From: Marsupella aquatica
Taxonomy: Eukaryota > Plantae > Marchantiophyta
DNA: 64,000 nt
Direction of reading: 5' to 3'
Assembly: GCA_973895155.1 (NCBI GenBank)
Contig: OZ316891.1
Span: 3,671,801-3,735,800 of the forward strand
The translations under genes and the position numbers were made by a program. Numbering within the stretch: the stretch's first letter is position 1; every line of letters starts with the position of its first letter. This document shows, one piece after another, positions 40,743 through 60,898 of the stretch. The notes under the pieces were generated by a model. That model was given only the letters and a program-made list of their open reading frames with translations. It did not search any database and was not told the DNA's origin.

Positions 40743-42284
40743 TTCCGAGATAACTGCGGTTAGCTTTGGTGATAACTACGGTAGCTCCTTCGAGCACACG
40801 GACTCGCGGGCTGGGCTCTCGTCGAGAAAAGCTTGCGCGCAGACCCGGCTGGCTTGTTGGTGTGTGTGCTACTACTGCTCATCTGCTGTGTGGCTGGCGA
40901 GAGAGGCAGTCGACGACATAATCCAATCCCTTCCAGCCCGAGCCACAAAATCTGCATGTCATGGACGACAATCTGCACAGGATTGACAGAGATTGCAAAA
41001 AAGAGACTGAGGAAAAAAATGATATCGTCATCAGTGTGGGTCGACTCAGCCCACGATGAAGGCGGAAGAAAGGAGAGAGGGAGGGAAAGAAAGGCGCACC
41101 ACGAGCTGCAGCTGATGAGTGAGAGGTAACACTAATTTCTCGCAGCTGATTTCATCCCAGGAGCTTTAGAGAGAGACTCGCAGTCAGCAGCTCTTGTTGT
41201 GAAGGACGGGAGTACGGTGGGCCTCGGAGGCTCCTCGTGGGCTGATGAGAGAGTTCGAGTAGCAGTTTGGTGGGTTGGGAACAGTGGAGACGATTGCACG
41301 GCGTCGGTTCGAAGCTTTCCCGTTGAGAAGATATGACAGTCTAAGTGATGTTGAGTGAATAAGGGGCGTCCAGTTGGGTGACTACTGGAACTGAGTTTTT
41401 GGAAGGTGGTTGGCGACCCAAACATTCTCTGTGGCACCATCTCTCGCTGAAGTAGAAATGTTACAATAATCAGTGCCACTGCGAGCATTGAGTGGAATCA
41501 GGAGTACCGCCAGAGATTTGGTATAGACACATTGACACATTCTGAGGGTGTGTTTGACTTTTGAGCGACAAAGTTGAGGAGAGTGGTGTTTTGGCTTTCT
41601 TTGAATTCAGTGAGGCAGCACACCTGAATGATTTCCCAGAGCGGGTTGTAAAGAGGTGAGTGGAGTGGATGCTCTCTTCTTCTTTCAGGACACAATTGTA
41701 CCGGCCTTAGCACTTCCTCTCGGAGATCTGTGGAGGTCAGAAGGAAGATTTCAAGGATAGCATTCCGCTTGGAGTCCCAGAACGCCACAAAATCTACATT
41801 TGTATGATTGAGTCACGTGGAGTTTGGGATTCAGTAGTCTCAGGGATGCAGACATTCAGAGCTCGCCTTTGGTAATAACGAAGATTCGAAAAGTAGTGAA
41901 GGGATTGGATCCAGTAGGGTTTTACCCACGTCCATTTGCGAGGAAGGGAGTTTTTGGACTGGCGTGGGAATTGTAGCGTATATTGACAAGTACAGTAGTA
42001 CCTTGAAGTTTTGTGAAGGAAGATTCAAGGCGAAGGCAGGGAGCATTTGGACTGGAGCGGGTTTTGCATAGTCATCAGGGCGTCTTGGATTTGTTGGAGG
42101 AAAAATATTTATCGAACGGAGGCAAGGAGTAGGGTTTTTGAGGCACATGCAAAGAAGGCCTCCGAATGAGAGAGGCGATTCAACGGAGAGGAAGGGGGTT
42201 TGTTCAACATTCATTCACAGGTAGAGGATTTGAGTTGAATGAGTAATTTAGAATAACAGCACAGAAGAGGAACAGCTGTGAGAG

Positions 42285-47805
<5,521 letters not shown>

Positions 47806-49883
47806 CCTTTTCGGCACACATGAGCGCATTGGCTCCTGATTTAAGCCTCCGTACGGCGCTACATGTGGATGAGTTTCCGCCTGAAAAATATTTGGTTAGC
47901 TGTAATTTTAACAGTTGTTCAGATGCCCATGCTCGCTGCCATGATGGTGAGGTATGTTCCTCATTTCTCTGGTAGAAGGGAAATGTCAGCTGTACAAAAT
48001 TCTTATTTTTATACAAAGGCAGCCAGTCTTTGTAAATTGTCAAAATTGGAAGTTGTCGAGTCGATGGATGTGCCTCAATCCTGAACTTCCATGCTTAATC
48101 GATTTTTTAAATTATTTTTACAGGTTTCATCAAATTTGTGAACATGTTCTGGTGTTAGTTTACCTTAATGCAGTAATTCTATCCCAGGACATGTGTTTAT
48201 ATCTGCAAAGCAGGGAGCAATAAAACAAGTTGTTCATCGCAGTTCAGATTAGGCAAGACTGTTGGTTGATTCAGGCTGTTCGTGCAGTTTTGGCGGTTCT
48301 CATCTGTCCCTTCTCTCCTACGTTCGTGTCTTGAAATCACTCTAAATGCTCACTCCTCATGGTTTGTCACATTCTTAAACGGTTGATTGTGATTGCTTTA
48401 TCACCGGCTACTTTGAAACGCAGAGGGTTTGATCATTTTATGATTCAAGAGTCATTCATATGACATTCGAACGGAGCCCAATCTTTGTTGGTATGAAATG
48501 GTTCGTTCCTAAAAGGTGATGTTCTTCACATCTTTGAAGGATTGAACGTATGGGACCTAGTAAGGAAGACAAGTGAAGCCATGGGTACCAACAAAAATGA
48601 CAATGTTGCCAATAGTAACGGAGCAAATGACATAAATAGGAGTTTCTAGGTTCTCAGTGAAGAGCTCTGAGAACAAACCTTCTAGTTCGGTGCTTAACAG
48701 TGGTAAAACAAAAAGAAAGTGCTCTCGCCCATAGTCTAGTTCTGTAGGGAGTGTTCCAAGTTCTGCTCATGATACTTACGTTAGCAATGTGATCACTCCA
48801 GTCGAGGTAGAGCAAGATACGAATTTGTCCTGGTTGTCGAGGGAAAGTGGCTAGTTCGCACCTCAACAGTGATGGTTGTGTTTTCAGTCCTATTCTCCAT
48901 GTCCATGGCTTCTGTTTTCTCAGTCGCGACACAACAATACAAGACCTCGCGTATTGTTTCTCATCGTTATCTACTTCATCGTTGTTGACACTTTTGTCGT
49001 TTTAGCTATGGAAATGAAAGAGTAGAGATAATAAGAGAAACGAGAAGAGATGAGGACCAATCAATTTGACTTGAAGTCCACAAAATGACATAGCAAGTGA
49101 TAAAGTAAATGCAACAGTTATTGCCGGTTTTAAGAGAGAATCTGCAATTCGATCAGTAAGAAACACCGGTGACCCATCACAAGTTTTGCTCTCCTTCTAC
49201 AGTAGTTGTCCTCGTGAGCTTAGCTATAAAAGCCTCGTCGGCGAGGACATTGTCCACACAAATAGACACCCGAGTGAACAGATAGTAGAAGAGTCATTAG
49301 TTTGGAAAGTAACAGATGGGCTCTGAACATTCAGCGCTGCTCAGGCCAAATAGAGACAACTTAGTCAAACTACTCACTCTTTGGGGACTTGTAAATCCCA
49401 GAGCCAGATAAGTATGAGGTTCAAACTACTCACTCCACTTTGGGACCTGGGACTTACCGAGCCAGAAATATAACAGGTTCACTTTGTAGCAGGAGCTGAA
49501 ATTTCCATAGATGCCACTCGACTCCGATTAAAATATGTCGACAGGTTTCAACATTTGGAGCAAAATCGCTGGTGAGAACAATTATTTCATTCGTAGCCTC
49601 CTTCAGACCAAGATCGACGATCCGTCCTAGGATACAAACCTTAATCCACCTTGAAAGCTGCCGTTGGACTTCGTGTGCATAACTGAGAAGGGCTGAGGGT
49701 ATAAACTCACCAATTATTTACAAAAAATTGGACGATGGATGAACAGATTACAGTAATGGCCACGTGAAATGGACAATCAGTTTTTTGGTCCAGACACAAC
49801 AATCGAAGGACAACCAATTTACGTTGGGGGTCCAGTTGAGAGCCACCGATATTGGATTCCATCGGCATATTTTATAGGCCCTG

Positions 49884-52800
49884 CTATATGTTTCTGGATT
49901 TGCTGGGCTGCACTCTTGCTAGAGCCAGGTCAAAATGAGACATCCTCACTACTTTTGCGTCCAGATCCTCCTGCCAAGAGCCCAAAGCACTAGTCAGGAT
50001 ATCAACACAAATGGACACGAGGAAGGACTTTAATCATGTGATTGTCTCCAGCTCACGTGAAAGGCCACGAGAAACACAATAATCAACATCCAACTGAATG
50101 AAGGCTTTCGATTTGGGTGTAAGATCTATCATACGCAATGATGTGACTATGCATCTGGTACTGACCGTCAGGGTAGCCATGGCAGCCTCTTGGCATACAG
50201 CAGAAATTTCAGCACCAGTGTAGTTTTCAGTCCTCATAGCCAGATTGCTCTGAGAAACATCAGAATCGCACGGCATGTTCCGTAGATGAATATCAAATAT
50301 CTGCTGACGAGCAACTTCGTCTGGTGGGCCAACATAGAGAACCCTGTCGAATCGCCCTAATCATTGCAGACGACAAGAGAACATCAAAATGTCAATCTCT
50401 TTGGGGAAAGGTGAGAGTGCAAAGAATCCTCAAGTATAAATCCTTTACAACAATGCAATGCAATAAAACTAACCAAGAATTAGGAACCAAGAACATTTCC
50501 CTAGAAAGGCAGACCCAGTTCCAACAATTGAAACCTCAGATGAAGAGAGTGCTATCTTGAAGCATGATCAAGTCCAGAAAATTATAGTAAATACCAACAA
50601 GCATCATAAAAGAGCCTTTACGCCTAGGCATAAACCAGTCGAAAGAGGGCATCAGTACCGGGTCGAAGTAGGGCATCATCTATGATGTCCAACCGATTTG
50701 TTGCTGCAATAACAGAAACTCCTTTCATTGGAACCAATCCTGCCATTTTTTCAGGACAAGTCCATCAGGTTATTCGAAGTTCATGTGATCCAACCTGAAG
50801 CTGTAAATGTTGTAGACCAGATGCTGGACATCAAGCGGAACTTTGTTTGGACAATGTTGTAAGCTGAGAGCTTGGGTGGATATCGGAGCAATCCAGACAC
50901 ATGAATGACCAACAAGCAGAGGAATTACCGTCCATTTCTGTGAGCAGCTGGCTCATAACCCTGTCACCGACAGAGACTCCATCACCATGCCCACTTTCTC
51001 GCTTCACAGCAAGGCCATCAATCTCATCGAAGAAAACAACGGAAGGGGCAGCTGCTCTTGCCCGTGCAAATAACATCTTGACAGCTTTCTCAGACTCTCC
51101 TACCCACTTACTAAAGAGCTCCGGCCCTTTAACTGCAATGAAATTCAAACCAGTTTCCGAAGCCACTGCTCTTGCCATGAGTGTTTTGCTGCAGCCAGGA
51201 GGACCGTGTAGGAGAACACCATGAGGAGGATCAATCCCCATTCGGGCTATAGCATCGCTTTGCGTTTGCGGCCACTCCACTATCTCCCTGAGTTTTTGTT
51301 TAACATCAGCTTGGCCCCCAATGTCACTCCAACGCACTTTTGGAACCTCCAAGGCAACCTACATCCACAGGAGGGGAATCGCGTCACTACAACATGTCTA
51401 AACAGGTGAAAATGTCAGGAAACTGCATAAAACACATACTCCAGCACATTTTTCATTTTACAATGACCACCTCTAGCCTTGATATTAAATAATATGACAC
51501 TTAGGTAACACGAGGTAATTAAGTAGTAAACAGACAGATTGGAACACGCAAGGGTGCGTCAGACCACATCTCATACGTATTTGCATGCTCCAGCAGCTCA
51601 AGAAAGTACTGGGATATTTGGTACCTCTCGCATCGCACTTGGCCTGACTTTTGTCTTGGCAACTTGGAAATCTTCAAGCGTAATCTCCAAGAGTGATCCT
51701 TGACCTTCATTTGCCCAACACATGATATAGCTCCAAATCAGTTGACTAAATCCATACTTAGAATTCAAGTCACCAGATTATCCACAAAAAAAGAATACAT
51801 ACGAGTCCACAAAGTCATTTGTCAAGCAAATCTGAATGCCACCTTCTGACGTCCTTGCTTGAACTGAAAATAGATCATGTATTGGCTCCACTGAAAGCTC
51901 AGTGGAATCGGAGTTGATTTGGAGACTAGCAATGTTTCTTTCAAGAACTGCAAGTGGAGATTCTTGAAGCTGAACACCCCGGCGCAATGCTGACATTCCA
52001 GCTTCATTGCAAAGTGCAGAGAGATCAGCGCCAACAAAGCCATGAGTCGAGGCAGCCAGGTCTGCTACATCAGAGGGCTTTAGAGCATGCCGCATATTTC
52101 GAAGAAGAACTTGCAAGATTCCTTGCCTATCTGACGGTGACGGTACTCCTGTTGGGCAAACCCCACAATTTATGAGACGAGAGAAATTATGGGAGCAGTC
52201 TACAAACGGGAGACAGTTTTAAGTACGTCAACCTGTTACGTCAACCAATAATGACAGAAGTCCGTAGTCGAGACAAACCTATTTCAATCTCCACATCGAA
52301 TCTACCAGGACGCCTCAGAGCAGGATCTATGGTATCAATACGATTGCTGGCGGCTACAACTAGAACACCTTCCAGAGCTTCATTTGTGCCGCCATCCATC
52401 AAAGTCAGTAAGGTTGACACCATCCGCTGTCCTAGCTCTTCACTGCCGTCCTTGCGGGCAGGAGCAATTGCATCCAATTCATCAATGAACACCTGCGGGG
52501 TCGCATGCAATTTGGAGACTGCTGAGATAGCTGAAACCCAAAACTTGCACTATCCATCGTAGCCGAGGGACACCATATGAGAACATAAAAGGAAAGCACA
52601 AAATGGCTATTGAAGATGAACCCTCTGAGCTCAAAGTTCAACAAACTTCACCATTGATGGGGATGCTTTTGCAGCTGAGGCAAATATTGCTCGAAGTGCA
52701 GCTTCACTCTCACCATACAACTCACTGACAATCTCTGGGCCATCTATTGTGAAAAGTTTCACACCAGCTTCACACGCAGCTGCCCTAGCCAGAGAGCTCT

Positions 52801-55037
52801 TTCCTGTGCCTGGTGGCCCATGAAGGAGCACTCCACGTACTGGTTGGAGACCATAACTGCGACACGAATCCGCTAGGAGTTAACACAGCAGAAAAGATCT
52901 GGCAAGGTAAATTCTGGCACAATGCAACCGAGAGGCAAAGAACGATTATAGAAAGGACATACAATGGTTGAAATGTCTACCGCTTCAAGTACTCAGGGCG
53001 TAGCAATGATAGGTCTATGTGCTGTTTTAGTTTATCAATTTGCACAGACAGACCACCCAATGACGAATACTCAATTCTGTCCACATCTGCCCCCAAACTA
53101 CTGTCTTCTTGAAGTGGTTGTGCAGCAGAAGAATCCGTTTTCGCCAGCCTTGAGGCAGCAGATTGCTCATCTTTGAGAACAGGTGGCAGCAAAGTAATTG
53201 TTGTATTGTGACCCATCGTATAAATTGCTAGTGGTGGCGATGCAGATGTAAAAGGTGAGTCGTTAAGAGTTGGATCCCCTTCCAGGTAATACTTCGTAGA
53301 ACTGCCAGCGGCCCTCTTTCCAGAAGAATTGGGGGTCTGACAACTTCTTTCTGCGGACACATCAGAATTTGTCACAAGGAAAATACAGTCACAACCTGAC
53401 AAAGGTATGTGCACTAGATTCCCTGGAAGCAAATAACGCCCAGCAATCCAGCGAGCAGCAAAAGCTTCCAGCAGGGTTTTCACCTTCTCCTTCCCTTTCT
53501 CAAAAGATGCCCAAACTGAAGCCCAGTTCTGCACTGCTGGAACTTCATTCTTCTGGTTGAGAACGTTTCCTTTTTCATACGTATTCCCTTGAATCTGGGT
53601 TCCTTTACTGTTGGCTTGGGTTTCAGATAAAGGTGACTTGCTCACAGGAGATGCTGAGACTGCTTTTCCCTGATGTCCATGGTTTTTAGGTGTGAGTTGC
53701 GCTGGTGACAAGATAGTCACATCATCCCTGGACGAAGGAGACGATGTGGCAGATACACTTCCAGTCGCTCGTACATCGTCAGAGGGGGGGCACCACCGCA
53801 ACGATACACGATCACAAGCATGTAAATATGCTAGTCCTTCAGAATTCCGGAGTTCCTGATATTCATTTGGAGCCTGCTTGAAATCGTGTAGGGATGATCG
53901 CACTTTGAGCGGTTTCAGTGAGATGGTTGAGCCAATTGGCAAAGAACCTAAAGTCGTGGCCAGAACTCTTGACATTCTGACTTCATTTCTCACCAACTGC
54001 AGAAACAGCACATCATTTTTTATAAGACTGGGTATCAAAGACGGGCTTCTTGTTGTAAATGTTGGTAGCAGAATGGGCAAGAGGAATATTTAGTAGTTAC
54101 TGAGTAAACTGGTGACGACACCGAGCCAATGAGAGTGAAACCCTTAAGGTATAGTAATTAGTATCCATCAAACGTAAGGTTTAGAATAGAGACAAGTATG
54201 CATTTACATTAATTGAAGGGAGTGCTTTCCACAAACGGAGATGCATAGGCTGTCCTTCATAGACAGCATCGTCCAGAGAGACAGTCTTAGACTGCTGCAG
54301 GCTCAAATTTGGGAATCCTACACCATTGCCCACCACAAAAGAGAACAAAAGAGTAGAACTGCTACCTTCTTTGATGGCCAAGCCACGGCAATGGCTACAT
54401 TGGTACCAGAGGCCTCAACGAAAGGCACCACCACTCCATTTTGAGTACCACAGAGTTCTTGCAAGGACTCCAGTGACCCATTGTCCGGAGCCAAAACAGA
54501 CACCTGTATGAAGATGAATGGAATCGTCAGACCCTTCAAAATCTGTTTTCAGAATATACGGATCCCATCCACATTTGTCAAAATTTTCAGACCCGGTGAA
54601 AAAATATCTGATACAAAAGATAGCGCCAGCTTTAATTTCCCTGCCAATTTATCACGACTTGCACAGCTGACGATGCAAAGCAGGAAATGCCAATATGATA
54701 CTCAAATCGGTGCAAGAGGCACATCCTCGTGACATACAGAAATGAGACTCCCAATGGCAATCGGAGCAGACACCATTGCCGCTTCTGACAGCCAAAGGAA
54801 AGCTTTGCCCTTCACTTCTCTGTCATCCACAGCTACTACTGTGGCTTTGAATCCAAAGTCGCATAGACTGCCCACATTGTTCGTGCTTCCTCGGGCATTT
54901 CTTTCCAGATCGCTATCAGGTGTCTGCGGAGTATAATCTCGTGGGCTAGCTTTGCCTTCTGGTGTCTGTGGCGAATGGAGCGGAGGTTTGGAAGGGGTAG
55001 AGCCCCCTCCAGATGAGCGTCGCTTAGAGCTCGGCAT
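49884..55037 (-). CDS. CIP111: Double-AAA ATPase, CIP111/AFG2(SPATA5)-like, multi-exon; 3' end tentative
   Basis: D1 [30 protein letters not shown]; D2 [32 protein letters not shown]; last exon 49884-49970 [23 protein letters not shown]. Confidence 0.88.
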
Positions 55038-56546
55038 ATTGCTTGCTATAGCTGCATTGATCAGCTTCAGAAGTATTGTCTCTTACGTTGAATCTAAGAA
55101 GGGACTGTCTCTCCATGCTTTGGAGTTGAATTTGCTCTCCCACCCGACAAGAACAAAAGCTTGCTTACATCTGCATTGGAAGACATTACCAGCGGAGGAC
55201 GTTCAGAGAGTGTGTATGAACACGAAACGAGATTTAGGGATTGTTGCTGCCAATGAGTGCAAATGAGTGCAAAGCTTGAGACGATCATCCACGCTAATTA
55301 GTTCCAATTATGCCACAACCTCTCCACACCGACACCTCAAGGAAAAAACTAGACGGCAAGACAGACTTAGCGTCAGATGCTCACCGGCGAAACCTTGCAA
55401 CTAAACGGGCTTATGCCCTGAACTTCCACTCTCTTCGGCACATGGGACAGTGGGGTTGCGGGCTTTGTGAATTTACCCACTTCAAAATGCAGTGCAAATG
55501 AAAGGCATGATTGCACACACCCCAAACTGATCAAATAACAACCAAAAACGAGACCAGGGATTAGGACCAAGAACACCTCCAATTTGAGTTAGGACTTTAT
55601 AAAATGCAAAACCTTTCTCATCATCATTTTCATAACAATCCATTTGCATCTCAAAGATTCCCATTTTTCAATAAGATAGTCATAAATAAGCTACACCAAC
55701 GTGTTAACAGTGCATGATACGATACAATCGCCATTTGAGTGAAAACCAGACCACGGACAACAATTACTGCTAAAGTTCAATGTCTGAAAAGCCATATAAT
55801 CCTCAAAACGGATGGACGACAGAACACAGTAAGGTGGTTGACCGTGTAGAGATCCGAGGAAAAAAAGCAGCCATACTTAGAGGACAATCATCTCCAGGGA
55901 CTTTGCAGTCAGGGCAGCAGCCATCAAATGCCAAACGGCAAATGCCACAAGCATCATCGTGGGCATCCCACGTCCACGATGCAACTCCATGCCACCTACA
56001 AAAAAGATGAACATTGTTGCCGTTAGTATTGCAGTTCTCCTCATTTGTCGTTAGTAGTTGCTGCAGAGAACGATGAGCTCCTCCAATACCCGTCTATAGG
56101 TTTAGGCCACTTGGTTGAAGAGCATGTAAGAGACCATCCAGAAATCGCGGCACTGGCCTGGGTAAACGAGTTAATTGAGAATTTTCAGGCAATAAGTCCA
56201 GGACGCTACAGCAAATCACTCTTCCTAAATCGAAACTTTCAATGTACAATTGTAATGCCAGAGCCACCACGTCCAATGCCACAAAGCGAGCGTAGAGAAG
56301 AGGGACTTACTCTGCTCAGAGGGAAGCGCAAAACGCGAATTGAGACGGGAATTGGTCAAGGGAGATAACAACATTGTCCTGTAAATGGGAAAATACTCTC
56401 TACTCTTTTCTCTGCATTCCGTTTCCACAATTCCTTCCTCGACGAATCCAATTGAAATTCAGCATTTTAGAGAAATAACATCTGGTACTTTTCCGAGCCA
56501 TACAGCTCCCTCCTCAGCTCTAATTCTTCACGCATTTTTGATCTCC

Positions 56547-57432
56547 CAATAAACCCCAAACCCTCGACCTATATCATTCGAACTAATACCCTGTTACAAA
56601 CTAGTTTTATCTTCGATGAGAGATTCCACTTCTCTTTTCACCACACCAAAAGGCAGAAAGTAAGCAGAAAGCTCAAAATCGAAACGGCTCAGTATTATAT
56701 CGTACGTGGGAAGATACTGATGATTTTCATTTTCATTTTCATTTCATTCTCCCCCAATAAACCCTTGCCCATCTCATCAATACTCATACCCAGTTACAAA
56801 CTACTTTCCTCTTCACTGACAGATGGGAAGCCAAACACACGTCGTCCTTCGATTTGCATTGTTTACATTCCACTTCTCTCTTCACCACACCAAAAGGCCG
56901 AAAGTAAGCAAAAAGCTCAAAACCGAAACGGCCCAGCATTGTATCGTATGCGGGAAGATAGAGATGATTTTCATTTGAATCCTCTCCCGATAAACCCTAC
57001 ACCCTGGACCCATATCATTAAAATTCATACCCTATTTCAATTAGTTTTATCTTCACTGAGAGAGGGGAAGCCAAGTAGAGGTCCTGGTTCAATTTGCATT
57101 GTTTGGATTCGACTTCTCTCTTCACCACACGCAAAGGCAGAAAACTCAAAATCGCCCAGCATTGTATCGTATTCGGGAAGATACTTATTATCTTCACTTT
57201 CAAGCTCTCACAATAAACCCTAAACCCTGGACCCGTATCGTTAAATTCATACCCTGTTACAAACCAGTTCTATCTTCACTGAGAACAGGGAAGCCAAAAC
57301 AGTCCATTCGCATTGTTTACATCCCACTTCTCTCTTCACCACAACTAGAGGCAGAAAGCAAGCAGGAAGATCAAAATCGAAATGGCCCAGCCGTGTATCG
57401 TATGCGGGAGGATACTGATGATTTTCACTTTC
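56547..57432. repeat. Degenerate ~220-bp tandem repeat (4 copies)
   Basis: ataaaccc..ataccc..ttacaaa..tcttcactga..cacttctctcttcaccaca..aggcagaaa..tcaaaatcg..gtatcgtatgcgggaagata starting ~56547, ~56755, ~56989, ~57211. Confidence 0.85.
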
Positions 57433-60405
57433 ATGCTGGATGAAGAGTCTGGCCGGAATCCGTCGTCCAGTGGCAGAGGAATCGACTGTCCTTCGATCCG
57501 TCGCACTCAATAATTATGCACAAATCCGCATTCCGCAACATTCGATTGCAGGCAATAACAATAACAATAGCAATGATCTCAAAGACTGGACAGTAGTTTC
57601 GTGATGAAGATAGGCATCGGTTCAATGTCAGCTCCAAAGTTTTGGTGGGCTGTTCCTTTTCATTGGCGGGCAGCGGGCAGCGGGCAGGAGGTGGGTGCCC
57701 GCTAAAAATATGAGCTTGGAAAATCTTGTTTATTGGAATTATTAAAGTAAGATCTCCATTTCTAAAATATCAGACGGACACAAAAACTTTTGACCAATAA
57801 TGCCATCTGAGAAAATGATGCTCCCATGGACCCTAGCAGAGAAACAACACTATGAGGGTGGACTAATTAAGAATATTCCCTGTGACATTGTGAGCAAAAT
57901 GCGGCCCATCTGACATCTGAGTTGCAGAAATCCATGGGAGCCTTTTGACAAACCTACTGTAGAGGTCTGTTTGGGATTTTCATTTTTTTGCCATCCTATC
58001 AGCTAAATACTACTGTAGTTATGCTTATTCCAAATAGTACTCTCCTTTTTTAGTTTCGTTTCTGAATCTTATAGATGAAATTTAGTGTTTTGTATCAAGA
58101 GGTTAGCAATATTCTCAAAATATACATCACAAATTTCTTATGAGATTTCATTAGCACTCTAAAACATTTGTCAGTCATGTCCAAACTTCTAATCATTATT
58201 TTCTTACTGCCTCCCAGATGGCAGTAAAGTACTCAGATGGACAGAGGAACATTGCACTGACACTATACTCAGTGGTGTCATGATGTGTCATGATATGGAA
58301 GTATAAGAGGTTGAATATACATGATCAGTCTCCTCATTTGAATGAGAATGGAGACTGATCATGGACAGAGTAGTCACTGTGGAAGAATCCACTAAAAACC
58401 TTATGTTATTGGTCAAATGCATCTTTACCAAGTCACCTTCAGAACATAAATGTAAATTAGACAGATTATTTGCACAAATGTAATATTTCATTTGTGTCCA
58501 TCAGAGGGTTGTGTGGTCATTCAGAACATAAATGTAATTAAACATGCTATTCAGGTAAATGTATTTGTTTCATTTGTATCCATCAGGGTTTTGTGTTTCC
58601 ATCTAGGCATCATGTCAAAAGTATGTGTCCATTGGAGCTTCCACTTGAAGATAGTTCATATCCAGGTGATTTGAAAGGCAAATTGGGGAGTTTAAGAAAC
58701 TCATAAAAAGAGCCCTGCATTCAAAAGGCAATGGCGTGGCACCACTCTCCGGAATGAGTTGGAGTCTCCACCTAGATGACTTTGGGACTCCAACTCATCC
58801 AAGTTAGAAGGAGTTCATAACAATCAAAACGGCTCTGTATGCAGTTAAAGTTGTAAAATAACAAAAGAAACGTTTCTCGACCCCTTGACTAGTCCTCCGA
58901 GAATGAGTTGGCAGCATGACTTGCCATTAGTAGCAACTTACACGTTCTACAAAATTGCTTACAACTTGCTTAAATTACATCTTGGCCTAACCCACCTACA
59001 CACGCACACGCAAACCCCCCACACCTAGTGAGAGAGGGGAAGATGTGGCTCTTGACATGGTATATTTGTATTGAAGTTATTAGGGACAAAGTGAGAACAG
59101 CAAATCCCGCAGTCATCTGGTGAATTGAGCTTGTGATCTACTTACTCACATGTTATACTGACATTTTTGAGCTGTTAGATCTTGCACAGATTGATTATCT
59201 AATTGATTCTCAAAATGGACAACTTATCCCCTGAGAAGTTTTCCTGTTGAAATTAAGATTAAGTTTTTTTGCAAACAATCCTTTCTGGCTGCTTTCTTGC
59301 AAAATTCACCAAGAAATTTCCGCCCATGAGCTCGAACTCTTCAGCTTGTCTTAAAGTTGACTTAGGCCCCTAGGTTTTATTCTATGTGTGGTCACTTGCA
59401 ACCACATCTAAGACTGCATGTGAAAGCAGGTATGTGGCAGCCTCTATGGTGCGTATCACTTGAACATCACCCATCAAGCCATCCCAAGTCTTGTGAAGGG
59501 CTCACAAACATGGGCAGGCTCTGAGGTTTTCAAAGGATTTGGTTCACTTCATCGATCCATCTGATTGTGTTGAGGTTCCAATGCTAGCAGGAAAGCTAAC
59601 TGAGGCTCTCTCGCACCACTAACTTCAGCTATCCTGAGATTGTTCCAATGCTATCAGCAAAGCTCATTTAGGTTCTATTAATATGCTACACAGACTAACT
59701 CAGGGTGCACAGCATGCTAACTCAAGTTCATGTTCTCAAGTTTGTCCAAGAAGTGTGTGTTGATTCCCCTCATACTACCATTTTTGGGTGCCATCTGACA
59801 TGCTATATTTGGACATTTTATTGTGAACAATAGTCCGGGATTAAATCCAGAGCTTCATAATGATATCAAGGGGTCAAGAAGCTCTTTCCACCTACAGAGA
59901 CCACTATGTATATTACTAGGGTATGAGAAAAGTAAACCAAGATATATTGCATTCCTAGTAAGGGTATTCATTTGCAAGAATCTAGCTTTTAACTGCTTCT
60001 AGGTGAGACTAAATGCCCTGGCTCGATCAATCTACGATTACTAGTGACTTCAATTAACAACAATGCAAACCTTAGTGCAACCAGCCCACTACAAATTGAG
60101 ACCTGATGTAAGGTTTTCTGGTATGTAACGTGAGGAAGTCACAACAGTTCATTTATTCATGGCAAACTTGTATGCAGTGCCATCATTAATCCTAACTCTG
60201 ACCTTCTTTGAGGAGTAAGTTTGCAAAACACTAAACTCCTTAGAGGAGGAAGACCAATGCAATGGTCTGCAAATACTAGGCCTATATCCAGGAGACAAAT
60301 CATTTGTAGCAATCTTATATTAAAAGTTCTACAGGTTTAGTGACAACTACTTTAACTTGTTTTGTTGGTTCAAGTAGCTGCTGATATGGCCATGCCATGA
60401 CATAA

Positions 60406-60860
60406 CTAGTAGTAACCACTCTTCAATGGGCGGGTTCTTAGCTGGGGATATTGGAACTCCAGTTTTATAATGGGTGGTGGGGGTGGAGGCGGCTTCTTTG
60501 GTGGTTTCTTTGGCTTCTTTTTCTTCTTGAGCAGCCTCTCAGCTGATAAGTCTGGTGGAAGCTCAAACCTTTCAAACTGCCCCTCAAGCTCATTATTTGT
60601 GGCCCTAAACTTGTATACACCATGTCCAATAGGAGTGTTCTCAAAGAACTTCCCTTCATAGGTGTTCCCATCCCTCCAAGCCCATTGTCCATCTATGAAG
60701 CTTCCAAGCTCCCAATTACCAATGAACTGCACATGGTCGACAAGTATGTAATAAGGTTTCTTTCAAATAAAGAATGCCATCTGTGGCAAACTAAGCAAGA
60801 TTGAAGTTTTCTTTCATTAGAGGTAAGTTACATAAGTATGATTGACTCTTTGCAAGGGAC

Positions 60861-60898
<38 letters not shown>

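Noticed and set aside
41132-42214. Minus-strand ORFs upstream of NTRC
   Set aside because: No motifs or consistent splice pattern; probably leader/promoter sequence
57801-58222. Possible MITE (tgccatctg...cagatggca)
   Set aside because: Inverted match is only ~9-12 bp and there is no convincing TSD
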